A program made the translations under genes and the position numbers. 64,000 bases of DNA from Camelus dromedarius. Its lineage: Eukaryota. The number at the start of each line of letters is the position of its first letter. The first letter of the stretch is position 1. Where the stretch lies: positions 54,872,001 through 54,936,000 of the forward strand of contig NC_087436.1 in NCBI RefSeq assembly GCF_036321535.1. The letters run 5' to 3'. Positions 25,600 to 38,033 of this stretch are shown here, piece after piece. The notes beneath the pieces are model-generated. The model did no database searches. It saw only the letters and a list, made by a program, of their open reading frames with translations, and was not told the origin of the DNA.

Positions 25600-26065
25600 C
25601 ACATAAGCCTTACAGCCACCCCTCTCATATCCCCATCTGATTTATCAGCAAATCTTATTAACTCTACACTGAAAATACATTCAGAGCCCATTTACTTCTC
25701 ATATGCTAAAGAGTGACCAACCAATTCAAGATACTATCATCTCACCAATGGACCTTTTAAGTTGTCCTCTGGCTTGTCTCCTTGTTTCTTTCCCCCACTG
25801 ACCTTGCACCTTCCCCATCATACACTTTTTTTTCTCCTTATAATTGTAACTGTGATCATGCACATCTCCCTCAAAGCTCTCCACTGTTTACTCAGATATT
25901 AAAATAAAATCTAAACTCCATGCCATGGTCTGTAAGGTCCTATATATTTTCACAGTGGCTACTTTTAAAACTTTACACTTCCCCTCAACATTCTTTACTC
26001 CTTCACCCAACTCCAACCAGACTGATCTCTTTGCTTACTCTTGAAAATGCAAAATATGTTTCACA
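25600..26065 (+). mobile_element. L2 LINE fragment
   Basis: 'ccccatctgatttatcagcaaatc...aataaaatctaaactccatgccatggtctgtaaggtcctata'. Confidence 0.7.
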
Positions 26066-26669
26066 AATTTTGACAATCTAAAACAAAAAACAACAACAAA
26101 AAACCCACACATATTTAAATAATCTACAAAAGAGAGTGTAAAAGCTACCAATCCTCTCAATGCAAAATTAAAAATTTAGTTGACAGGTAAATGATTTTGG
26201 TTGATATAAAATACACATTTTATTTAAATAAATATTATCATCCTTAACAAATAATATAATTTTATGGGAGCAAACTACACATTAAAATAGAAAAATATTT
26301 TTACATAAAATTATTTAGATTGTCTGTATACTATGTTTTCCATATATACTGTATTATATTTTGTTTTTTTATTTTTAATAAAAATTGAATGTAGTTTCAA
26401 AATGCTTAAAAACATGTACAGTGTTACCTGTGGTTACCTCTGAAGGAGAACATAAACAGCGATTTTATGTGCAGTTTTTGTTCACCCATACTTCCTAAAT
26501 CTCCCAGTCTTGTGTTAAATTACTAACAATAATACAGTACACTTTCATAATAGTTCTATAGCTGTGAAGTTAGAAAAAATACAATTAGCTACATACACAG
26601 ATACAAAGAAGCACATTCACAAAAGCTCATATACTTAAACTCCCCCACATTTAGGAGTCATGACAATAT

Positions 26670-27465
26670 TAATCAGCAGGATTTCAGAATCACTATGGAC
26701 CAGTGACTACAATGGACCTCTCATTCTTTCCCTCCTTGGGTACCACTGGGTTTTATAGTTAATCTGTCTCTGTTCCTCCTTTATAAGTTACATGAATGAG
26801 GTCAGACAATTTGTCTTTTTATGTGAATTATAATATATCAAAACCTGATATAAATCATGAGATTGTGTACTTTGAGTGTAATAACATAAGTGGATCAGAA
26901 TTCTGAGACTCTTGAAATGGGATGGATGTGAACAATTGTGGCCAGGAAGTTGATTGTGGAATATCATTTACAAACAATAGTTATAATTAATATTTTCTCT
27001 ATAGCCATACCATATTTGCAATGTAACACTGCAAATCATACATTAAGCAGTAGCATTTATTCCTCACCCCTTGAATGTGGGCTGCCCTTGTAATTTGTGG
27101 TGACCAGTCGAGTACAACAGAATTCAGGTGAATTCTAACCCTTGTTTGTTTTTGCTTTCCCTTTTGTGGAACCTTGAGATGGCTACGTAAACAAGATCAC
27201 CTAAGATGCTGGATGATGAGACTCATGTGGTCTAGTTTATCCTATTTCCCCTACTGACAGCTAACCTTCAGACTTGTGAGTGAGGCAATCAAACACCAGC
27301 CAGCCCCCAGCCAACCCAACAACAGACCTCATATGTATAAACAATCCAAGTAATTCAGATTAGCAGAATAGCCCAGATGACCTGCAGACTTATGAATTAT
27401 AATAAATGATTGTTTTTAATTCACTAAATCTAGGAAATGTGTGTTATACAATAGCTAACTAATCT
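26670..27465 (+). mobile_element. MaLR internal 3' end plus MLT1H-like LTR (LTR from about 26955)
   Basis: internal 'ggatttcagaatcactatggaccagtgact...ggatgtgaacaattgtggccagg' then LTR 'ccccttgaatgtgggctgcccttgt...cagacttgtgagtgaggcaatc...aataaatgattgttttt'. Confidence 0.75.
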
Positions 27466-28102
27466 ATTGGCTTACGAGTAATTGCAATTAAAAAGTCACA
27501 ACAGTAAAGAATCTGAAAACCTGGAATAAAGAAAAAGTTAATAAATGTATGCTACTACTAAAATTAGAAGCAAAATATTATAGAGAATAGTAATAAACAA
27601 GCATTGGATTCACTAATCAAATGGTGAGTGATGCCTAGGATTGATTCAGGATTCTACAGTTTCTCAGTTTATTACTTCCTTATGCAGATTAATTTTAACA
27701 TCTATAGCAGAAAAGTGAATTTTTATTCATACATATTACAAATGATGAATGAAGCTATGAAAAATAATTAAGCAATGTTTTGGTTTGAGCCTCCATACTT
27801 CTCAGATCCTTCTTCCCCTACCCTAATTGGTCTTGGACTAACAGTAATATAAATGATGGCTGCACTTACAATAGTATCTATTTTCCATAATATATTCTCT
27901 ATAATCCCATCCAAATAATCAAATAATCTCAAATTATTCAAGATAAGAATTTTCTGATTAGACATAGAAAAACTGAATCATACTAGTTTATGCAATGTGA
28001 AATAGAAGCTTGAAACATCTTGAATACAAAATTGCTACATAAGTAGGTATAAACCAGGTCATCAAATGAACTAGGCTTTACTGACTAATTAGAAATATAT
28101 TG

Positions 28103-28741
28103 GATACATGCACCCCAATGTTCATAGCAGCACTATTTACAATAGCCAAGATATGGAGGCAACCTAAATGTCCATTGACAGATGACTAGATGAAGAAGTT
28201 GTGGTATATATGTTATATATATATATATATATATACATAAAAACACAGAATGGAATATTATTCAGACATACAAAAAATAATAATGCTATTTGCAGCAACA
28301 TGGATAGACCTGGAGCTTGTCATACTAAGTGAAGTAAGCCAGAAAGAGAAAGAAAACCACGATATGATGTCACTTATATGTGGAATCTGAAAAATTATAC
28401 AAATGAACTTATTTACAAAACAGAAATAGATTCACAGACATAGGAAACAAACTTATGGTTACCAGTGGGGAATGAGGGGAGTGGAAGGATAAAATTGGGA
28501 GTTCGGGATTTGCAGATACTAACTACTATATATAAAACATAAAAACAATAAGGTCCTATGTATAGCACAATGAATTATATTCAATACCTTGTAATAGCCT
28601 GTGAAAAAGAATATGAAAAGGAATATATATCTGTATCTATATCTATATATAACTGAATCACTATGCTGTATACCAGAAATTAATACATTATAAACTGACT
28701 ACACTTCGATTAAAAAAATAAAATTAAAACAAACAAACAAA
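28103..28741 (+). mobile_element. 5'-truncated young LINE-1 (camelid type) with A tail and TSD
   Basis: 'gatacatgcaccccaatgttcatagcagcactatttacaatagccaag' through 'aaactgactacacttcgattaaaaaaa'; AGAAATATA repeated at 28091-28099 and 28742-28750; TT|AGAA endonuclease-type site. Confidence 0.95.
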
Positions 28742-30169
28742 AGAAATATACTAGGAGCAAAAGAAAAGGAAAGGCATGTACTGCAGAAATTCAAATAAAC
28801 GACATATAAATGAAGAAAAAATAGAGCAGAATAGCCAAGAAATGTTTTCTATTCAGAATTATATAGTGCATAAATAGGTCTCTTGGCACCATCATGGTCA
28901 AATTATCTACAGGGAATTAAACGTTATACAAATAGAAAATATAACAGTTTGAAAAGTATCAACAAAACACGGAAATGCTAGATTCGCATCATAAAAGACA
29001 CACACCTTGCTGGGCTTCGAGCAGTACAGAAGAAAGGCATTTACATGAAAAATTGAAAGACATTCTGTCAATATGGGCAAAGTGATGTAGAAAATTGGAA
29101 TAATTATCTGGATAATTCAGGCCAAAAATGCTAATGAGGTAAAAGAGTTCTTTACAATTTGATTTATCTAGGTCAGCTGTCTACACTTATTAAATTAACT
29201 GGACAATTATGCAAGTCTCCATTTTTCTGAGCTTGAATAGACTTTGGTATTGATTCCTCATTTTCAGGCTGAAGCAGAACAACGTTGGTACATTATTGGC
29301 ATTTCCATATTGGTTACAGATTGTACTCATTTTTAATCTCACTATGCAGATAATTGCTCACTATGCACTTAATGTTTAAGATATAGCTGCATTATACTTA
29401 AATATTTATATTATTCTTCAAAATTTTTGTTAAATATCAATTTCCAATGTAGTCTCATATTAAAGCAATGTCCTAGGCACAAAGTAAGCTGAGATGCACT
29501 TAATGGCTACCAACCACTGAATAGTTTCATAAGTCTTACAAATGCTTGACAAAATCACATAAGGTAAGTGCTCTGTGTCTTTCAAGTGACAATGTGACTC
29601 TCACATTTTGATTCAATTAGTTAAAATTGTGTCAATTCAATGATTAATTTTATCTTTTTACACAATCCAAATACTGATTTTTTTTCTTTTGACACTGGTT
29701 CTTTGAGGGTAAATGGAATATAACAGCATGTGACCTCTCTGGATATAAGTAAGAAAATAAAAAAGCATAATACTATAATAGTATTCCAAAAGAATCACTT
29801 AATATGCTTTACTTTCAAGCCTTTTTATCACAAGTAACCATGAGGCATATATTTTATTTTGAATATCTGTACACCAAAACTGGAAAATGGAAGATTCACC
29901 TCAAACACAAGTTAACAAAGACCCTTGGACTTGGAAAGTTCAACCAGACTGCAAAAGGTTCCTCAGACTGTTCAGACAATTAAGAAAGTAACATAAATAC
30001 TTCTAAAGGTTTTATGCTTTGACAGATATTGCACAACAAATGCATTCTTGGAGATATCATCTCCAAAGAGCTTTCGTCTAAGGTTTGCCTGACATAACTG
30101 ACATAATTAGAAGAGGCATAAATTGAAAAAATGTATCCAATCCTTGTGAAGATGAATGAGCGCACAGAG

Positions 30170-30389
30170 CAGTGTTTTGCAGTACTGGAAATATTAATAT
30201 TTGGGCCAGACAATTCTTTGTTGTGGGGTACTGTCTTATGTATTGTAGGATATTTAGCAGTAGCATGCCTTGTCTCTCCCCACTAAGTGCTAGTATCACC
30301 CTTATCCCCAGTTGTGACAACTAAAAATATCTCCAGATATTGACAAACATCCCGCAGAGAGCAAAGTCACCCTTGGTTGAGGATCACTG
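30170..30389. mobile_element. MER20 hAT-Charlie DNA transposon, full length
   Basis: CAGTG...CACTG ends, 'atttgggccagacaattctttgttgtgggg...ccccagttgtgacaactaaaaatatctccaga'; 8-bp flanks GCACAGAG / CCATAGAG match 6 of 8. Confidence 0.92.
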
Positions 30390-31039
30390 CCATAGAGGAT
30401 ACACCTAGTGTTCTCAGTGCCACTAGTCCTGCACAACTATCTCAAATCCTTTCCCAAACAAGTAAGAGCATGTTGCTCTCAGAGACTGCAGCTTTGTCCC
30501 AGCTGGAGGACAGATCTAGAGACTGAAAAGGAAAATATGGTTAACAGTGACTTTGCTATGAAGAAACAAACTGGAACACACTGCAGGCAAAGCATAGCTG
30601 ATTAGTTCTTTAATTGTCTTAAGCCCTCACGAGATCTCCCAAAGAAAGTAAGTGAAACTAATTCTGGACATGTGAGTTTGCAGCCACTCTATGTGAAAGA
30701 AATCCTCCTGCTAGGAGATCTTTGGCCAAATTGAGAACGCTACATGCGTTAAGTCTGTGCAAATAGCGTGGCTCTCTAAAACTGAATGAAAAGGCAAAAT
30801 GTTCAAAACAATCTTGAAAAAGAAGAATAGCTGAAAGAATTGCACTACCCACTTTTAAGACTTACTATAACAATACTACAATAGCTCTCTACATATGTTT
30901 ATTATTAGTATTTAGAACTATGTACTCTAAATACTGCTTTCTCTGAATACTGCAAATTTTGGTATTTTGCATTTTCAATGGTGTTCATATAAAAATAATG
31001 TTTAATTTTCCTAAGCCTTTCTCTTTAATCCATAGATTT

Positions 31040-32710
31040 TAAAATCATTAAAAATATTTAATAGGTTTTTTGGCTGCAGTTTTAGGTTGTTAGAAAAAAT
31101 TTAGTGCAAAGTTCAGAGTTTATACATACTCCTTCCCCCTCAATCTTCACTATTACAAATATCTTGCAATAGTGTAGTAATTTTGCAGTAATTGATGAGC
31201 CAATATTTATCATTATTAATATATAATATATGACCAAAGTTCATAGTTCAGTTTAAACTAAACTCCACAGTTTACATTTGGTTTTACTTTTTGCAATGTA
31301 CATTCTGCGGGTTTTGACAAATATGCAATGACATTTATCCACCATCACGGCATCATACTGAATACTTTAACTGCCCTAAAAATCCCCTTTGCTCTGTATA
31401 TTCATACTTCCCTCCCTCCTGCCAAATCCCTGGCAACCACTGATATTTTTATGTTTTCCATAGTTTCACCCTTTTCACCTTTTTGAATGTCTTATAGTTG
31501 AAATTATACACTAAGTAGCCTTTTAAGATTGGTTTCTTCCACTTAGTAAAATACATTTAAGATTCCTTCATGTCTTTTTGTGGCTTAATACTTCTTTTTT
31601 TAAATTACTGAATAACTTTCCTTTGTATGAATGCATCAGTTTACCTATTCACCTACTGAAGGGCATTTTGGTTGCTTTCAAGTTTTAGCAATTATGAATA
31701 AAGCTGCTATACACATTCATACGTAAGTTTTTGTGTGCATATCAACTCATCTGTGTACACACCAAGGATTGTGGTTGCTGAACCATAAGGTATGAGTATG
31801 CTTAGTTTTGTAAGACCAGCCAAATTGCCTCCCAAAGCGGCTGAACTATTTTGCATTCCCACCAGCAATAAATCAGAGTTCCTGCTGCTCCACAATCCTG
31901 CCAGAATTTGGTGTTGTCAGTGTTCTGGATTTTTACAGTTCTAATAGGTGTTCAGCGGTTATCATATTATTTGAATTTGCAGTTCCCTAATGACATACAA
32001 TATTGAACATTCTATCATATAATAATTTTCCACCTGTGTGTCTTTTTTGGTGAGATACTTATTCACATTTTTCTCCTTATTGTTGAGTTTTAAGAGTTCT
32101 TTGTATTTTGGATACCAATTCTTCATCAATCATATGTTTTGCATACATTTTCTCCCAGTCTATGGCCTGTAATTTAATTCTTAGTAGTGTTTTTTGTTGG
32201 GCCAACTGATGTCTTTCAAAGTCCAACGACTCCCTTTCCTGGGCTCTCAGCTGTGTTCTTTCACCAGATAAAGTACATTCTTTACTGGGTTTGTTTGCCC
32301 TAATAAACTAATAGCCCTAGTTAATGCCTAATCTCATTATAGCTCAGGCTGGCTTGCTTTAGTCCATCTTACCCGAGTTATAAACCCTACCACCCTTCAG
32401 GGACCCTAAACCTCCTATCTCACCTACAACAAATCAGGGACTTGTGCACAAGCCAATCAGGCACCCTGTGACCAGATCTTACAAAAAACCCCAACAAGTG
32501 GCCCTCAGTGCTCACACAAGCCACCTCTCGTCTGTGTGGCCCGCTGTTGTCTACAACAGCAAACCCTAATAAACTCCTTTCTATTTCCATACTTTATCTC
32601 TGGTAAATTCTTTTACCAACTCACATGTCACTGGCTCACCAAGAGGCTGCCCCATTGTGCCCACAAAACTTTTTGTAGAGCAGAAGTTTATAATCTTAAT
32701 AAAGTCCAAA
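31040..32710 (-). mobile_element. L1MC1/2-like LINE-1 3' region, interrupted by an LTR at 32195-32665
   Basis: 'gggttttgacaaatatgcaatgacatttatccaccat...ccctggcaaccactgat...attttgcattcccaccagcaat'; resumes after the LTR at 'gtagagcagaagtttataatc'. Confidence 0.9.
32195..32665 (+). mobile_element. solo ERV LTR (probably ERV1) inserted in L1
   Basis: TGTTGGG...CCCACA ends, CCAAT box at about 32453, AATAAA at 32568, T-run flanks; interrupts collinear L1 sequence; right end uncertain by a few bases. Confidence 0.8.
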
Positions 32711-32719
32711 GTTTTTGTC

Positions 32720-34440
32720 CAGTAAATTCAACATTTATGTCATCTCAATGTTGGCAACTGTCTTTTTCCCATTCAAGCTGAGATTTTCTTAATTCTTCAT
32801 ATGTTGAGCAATTTTGGATTGCGTTCTACACATTCTGATGTTATGAGACTTGGGGTTTTATTTAACATCTATAGAAAACGTTGGTATTGTTGCTTTGTAA
32901 GCAGACAAAAGATATATATAAATTAAAAAAGAGGTTTTTGTTTTACAAACAACCGACCCAGTTGTGTTCAGGCTACAAGTTCCAACCAGTATCCTATGAG
33001 TTATGATTCTAATATTAGTTTAGTTTTCAAACTTTTGTAGTACTAACCTAATTTGTCCTACAAATTTACCACGAAGTGTGGAACTTGAATAATGTTCTAT
33101 CTTGTAGTCAGGTTTCAAATGCTATGTATGCTATTTAGAGGAAGATCCACTCATGTTCAGTTCAGAGGTGAGTTTATAAACAACTTTAAGGGGTCAGTCT
33201 TCTGAGTTGACCCCTCTGCACCACTGCCCAGGCATATTCTAGTTCTCTGGGTCTCACCTTTTCTTATCCTTGGGCAAAAAGTTGAGTCTCAATTTACCTC
33301 AATACGCTGTACACTTCTGCAACATTACCCATGTTTCCAACTAAGAAGTGGGAGGATAAAAAGGGGGAAAAAAGGTAAATGGGCATTTCCCCATCCTCTA
33401 AGGACCCCAGCTCCATGAACACTGAGGAAGATCCCCTTTCTGGAGATTTATGCACTTGGTCACCATTGTAGTCCATGTTGTTACTGCTTTCACAGAATCA
33501 TTTGAGTCCTAGGGCACCAAGAGAACAGAGACAAGGAATGTTGCTGAATGCAAATTCATGTGTCCAATGCACAGTGAGTCCAAACAAACCAAAAACATCA
33601 GAAAAAGGAGCAGAGAAAGATTTATTGCAAGACCAAGCAAAGAGAATGGGAAGCTCATGCTCAAAAAACTAGGACTCCATAATTATTTTTGATGAAGAGT
33701 TTTTACAAGCAAAATTTGGGATGAGAGCTGTGTCTCTGTTCTGATTGGTTAGTGGTGAGGTAACAGTGTAACAGTGTTGGAGGAATCTCGTGGTCAGCTT
33801 GAAGTTACTATTCTCCACCTGTATTGTATTTTAGAGGTGGGGGACTTAGTTCCTACAGGAGAACTCAAGATATATTGTTATGTATATCCCTTGAGGAGTA
33901 ATCAGGACTCTGCTTTATAGCTGCACTATTATTTCTTAACTGCTCCTCTTTAGTTCTGCATTCCCTCCCTTCTCTAATTAGGAACTGTTTGAATCTGCCC
34001 TTTGGAACAAAGGGAAGGTCTAGGAGGCTAAAGCTTTTTCTGTACAAACAAGAAACGGAGAGAAACACAAAAAGACTAGAGGGCCCCAGGGTCCTGCTCA
34101 GCTTCAGGAAGAAAAAGAGAAAAAATCTGGCAACTTTCCTTACTCTTTCTGACATTGGGACATCTCTTTCTTGCTCTTCAAGCTGGACTAGTGGACTTTT
34201 CTTGGAGCTCTCTCTCGTCCAGATTTCAGGATGCATTAAATTTATGCTAGGGGACAAAATAATGGTAGACTCACTGATGGTCAATAGTGCTTTGAACACT
34301 GGTATTCTTCCTCAATTCTCCTATCATTATTTATTTTTCAGAGTCTCCAAACAGCTGTCTCATGGATTTTGTTTCCATAGCTGCATTCAATGGGTTATAG
34401 AGGGTGGATTGTGTTCACTCAATTCTAGAAACAGAATCTT
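32720..34440 (-). mobile_element. old L1M 5' region, interrupted by the LTR at 33539-34106
   Basis: 'tttatttttcagagtctccaaacagctg...catagctgcattcaatggg...gagggtggattgtgttcactc' resembles L1MD/MC 5' ends. Confidence 0.6.
33539..34106 (-). mobile_element. ERV1 solo LTR (artiodactyl MER41-like)
   Basis: TG...CA termini with exact 4-bp TSD GGAA (33535-33538, 34107-34110); on the minus strand it starts 'tgaagctgagcaggaccct' and carries CCAAT and AATAAA. Confidence 0.92.
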
Positions 34441-35497
34441 TACTCTTAGTTTACAGTATATGTTGCGTTAGTCGATATTTTTTCAAATCATAGATTTTTA
34501 CAATAGTTGAATGAACTTTCTACCTCTCTAATCTTTAATATATTCTTTATACAGGTAAATTGTATTTTAGCGAAAAAAATAGAGAATGGCACAATCTCTT
34601 TTAGTAGAAGATAAAAGATTTTATAAATTTCTGCACAACTTCAGGAACTAAAGTTTAGATATTAAGCAGGACCTCTCCATGTATAATGACGTGGGAAGTA
34701 CGAGACTAACATCTTCTGCCAAAATCATAGCCATATTGGCTATTTTTCTGAAAAAACTCCGTATTGTACGTGTACTAATGCTCAAGTTCCGGGGTAGGCA
34801 TTTTTATATATTATTACTCATTCTAGTTAATGTAATCCTATAATAAAATCTGAATGTACCTACTAGTTTTATTATACAAACAAGGAAAATAGGATTTGAA
34901 CAGGAATTTTCTCAGGAAATTTCTCTTGAATTATATAGTCTGAAAATGTCAGCTTGCACTTTGTTTTAGATCTTTCTGATTCAAAGACTCCAAAGCATGT
35001 GACACAGCAAACATCTGATTATTTGAAAGTTCAGATGAGGAGGAAAGCTATGAAAATACAAACTTAGCTGAGAAAGAATTTGCATAAAATACAAATTAGA
35101 AAAGACTAAGAAGAAAATAAAAAGAAACACTGGGTTTTAACATTAAAAAAAATTAATAGGTAGTAGCTACCTTAGTCCTACATTGGTGTCTGTCTGTCAA
35201 GAGCCATTATGTATTTTCTAAATATTTCTTTGGAAGGCAGTTAAAGTTTTACAAAATTGGGATTTTTTAACCCATTACTCACAAGATTAAAAATAATAAT
35301 TATAGAAATAACACATGTCCAGAAGTTTTTAACTAATTTAAAAATATATACTTTAAAAACATTGAAATTACAAACACTCATTATTTAGTATAGATCAGAC
35401 TGAAAGATAGATGTGTACACAGAGAGCTAAACTGTTGGATAATTAAAATCTACTCAATCCAAATATAATTATTTGGGACTTAAATTGAGGTGATCAC

Positions 35498-35745
35498 TGT
35501 AGGGGAGGAAAAATCATCTTTTCCTCTACCCTTCCTGGGTTCTCTGATTAGAGGTTCTGTAAATCAGACTAACAAAAGGCAGACTAATAAGAAAAAGAAA
35601 AAAAAAAAAAGAACAGGAACACTTAGTACTGAGTAACTCAAATGGGTGCCTAGAGCTTGGGTTTATACAGCATTTCTAACAAAAGAACAAGACAAAGGAA
35701 ATGAAGTATGAGCTTCTAGGGGCAGCAAATGGTGGGATAAATGCT
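35498..35745 (-). mobile_element. MER34-like ERV1 LTR 3' fragment
   Basis: 'tgtaggggaggaaaaatcatcttttcctctacccttcctgggttctc' is the antisense of a MER34-type U5 end. Confidence 0.7.
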
Positions 35746-35894
35746 GTGGAAAAGATGGGAATATCATAGCTACAAGGATAGGTGGGAGCAGTTTTTTTTT
35801 AATGAGAGGGACAGATTTTCAGATCGAGAAACTAAAGATGTCTTTGAGGAGGTCAAATGTGAATAATAAGAAGGAAGCAGGTAAGATTTGGAAG

Positions 35895-36426
35895 TGTGTG
35901 GAGCAGAATTTTCCACTCAAAAATATGTCTCTGGTATATTAATTATTTTAAGCTGGTTATTTTCTAAGAAACAATAGACATGGGGAAAACTCTGAAAACC
36001 AAGTAGGAGTTACCCTTTTGTAAGAAACATTTACATTTGTAAGGAAAATTTCTATTTATAAGGGTATTTTCTTCACTGTACCAGGAAGAGGATGATGACA
36101 AAACATTTATAAACTCTTATCAATGGATAGTAAGGCTGAAGCTTCAATTTACATAACAACCTTACCCTTGTTTACTGTGCTTCTCCTGGTAACCTACCAT
36201 AACTGACTCTCTCCACCCTCAATATCCTCTTGTCTTTAGTGGAGGATAGTATTTAATGTGACAGCTTCAGCCATTTTGCCCAGTTATTTAGTTTTCTTTT
36301 CTTTCCCATGTAGACATGTTATTAAATTTTGAATTTTCTCCTGTTAATCTGTGTCATGTCAATTTAACTCTTAGACCAATCAGAAGAACCAAGAAGGAAA
36401 GAGGAAAATTTTTTTCCTCCTTAACA
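35895..36426 (+). mobile_element. MER34A-like ERV1 solo LTR inserted in a minus-strand L2
   Basis: 'ggagcagaattttccactcaaaaatatg...ttcctccttaaca'; 4-bp TSD GAAG at 35891-35894 and 36427-36430. Confidence 0.9.
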
Positions 36427-36759
36427 GAAGAAAGGAGAGAAAAGAGTTAGTGTTAACAGGCCAAAGGTGGGAAGATGCTTTCCAGAAGAAAAAGTGCCAT
36501 TATGGATCAGGGAGAGGACAGTAGGCAACAGAATCAGTGAAATAGGCCTGGGTCAGATCACCAAGGAGCATAGGAACTATGGTGAGAGGTCTGTACTTCA
36601 TTCTGAGTTTTCTTTTCATTTATGTGTCTGAACAGATAAACATGGGCAAATGCATCTCCATCATTATTGCCCTACCCCACTCACTTTTTTCAGGTATTCA
36701 CTACACCGGTCTACCCAATTAGTTTTGCACTCATCATCTCTCCTCAGAAGGGTCAAATA

Positions 36760-36995
36760 TAGTGGTGTAATTTAGGATACAGGCTTTGGAATCAGATACA
36801 CCCAAGTTCAAACTTTGTCTCTGACCTTGTTGGTAGCAAGATAATTTGGGCTCTGGTCAATAATCATAATTCTTCAAGACAAGACTACTCATCCATAATA
36901 TGAAAAAAGCAATATTCAATTTGTAGAATTTTTGCCAGAAACAAATGTGACAATATTACAGAATACTTAAAAAATAATGTGAAAAATAAATGGTA
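36760..36995 (+). mobile_element. MIR SINE
   Basis: 'atacaggctttggaatcagatacacccaagttcaaactttgtctctg'. Confidence 0.65.
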
Positions 36996-37411
36996 CTGTA
37001 AAATGCCTTCCCTTTCAATACATCTTTCAAGGCTGTTTTCTATGATGCAGTTTCCAATGGAAATTAATTTTTTTTGTAATCTGCTTCTAATTTTTATCTT
37101 TATTTAAAATGACTAAATTATAGAACATGTTATTGTATGAATAGTTATTTGTTCTACAATAACTTAAGCTACTTACTGATGACCAAACATCACATCATCA
37201 TTAGAATCTCCATAACAACTGTACCAAACATACAGCAGGTACTTTTACCAAATAAATAAATAGCTTATTTAACTTTGGTAAACAAATAATCAACATGTAG
37301 ATATATAGTTATGATTTATTTTTATTCTATTTGTTGAAAGTTGTTTCCTATCACAGAAAAATAAGAGATGAAGGTATGGCCTATGTTTATTAACAAAGTT
37401 GTTAATTGTTT

Positions 37412-38033
37412 TGATACAGGAAAAAATGGGGGGGCGAGAGGATGGCCATGTCCCAGGTCTAGGCAGAGTCCTTTGCAGATCCTGCCAAATTAGGGTACTT
37501 GGCTTTGTTCAGGAAAGAGTCCAAGAGTGAGCCATAGTTGAGTAAAAGTAGATTTATTTAGAGAGATGTATACTCCATAGACAGAGTGCAGGCTATCTCA
37601 TAAGTCAAGAGAAAGGCTGAGAGGTACAGGGTTGCATGTTTAAAGTAAAAGTAGATACACACTTCATAGAGTGTGGGCCATCTCAGAAGGTAAGTGAGAG
37701 AGAGGTGCAATGATCCTAGCTTTTAATATGCTAACAAGTGAGAGGATTATTCCAACTACTTTAAGGAAAGGTGGGGATTCCTAGGAATTGGGCCACTGCC
37801 TTCTCTTTGACCTTTGATGGTTAGCTTCAGAGCTGTCATATTGCTGTGGGTGTGTCATTCACCATGCTAGTATGTTACAATGTGTATAATGAAGCTCAAG
37901 GTTCACTGGAGGTCGAATCTCCCGCCATCTTGAGCCTCCAGGTCTATTGGGAGTTGACTTTTCCGCCATCTTGGTGCTAATTGTTGTGCCACTCTTTTAA
38001 TGGCTATGTCCTACCCCCTTCCCTCTCGTCTCA
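37412..38033 (-). mobile_element. ERV1 solo LTR (MER31/LTR39-like) with internal duplications
   Basis: TG...CA termini with exact 4-bp TSD GTTT (37408-37411, 38034-38037); TTTATT at about 37553 reads AATAAA on the minus strand. Confidence 0.9.

Noticed and set aside
29255..29570. Acceptor-like 'cctcattttcag' and donor AAG|GTAAGT pair
   Set aside because: The enclosed sequence of about 300 nt is very AT-rich with stop codons; such signals are common by chance.
33989..34471. Longest ORF (160 aa) and the overlapping antisense 144-aa ORF
   Set aside because: They span an ERV1 LTR / L1 5' junction, the plus ORF starts at TTG, and neither resembles a protein I know; chance ORFs.
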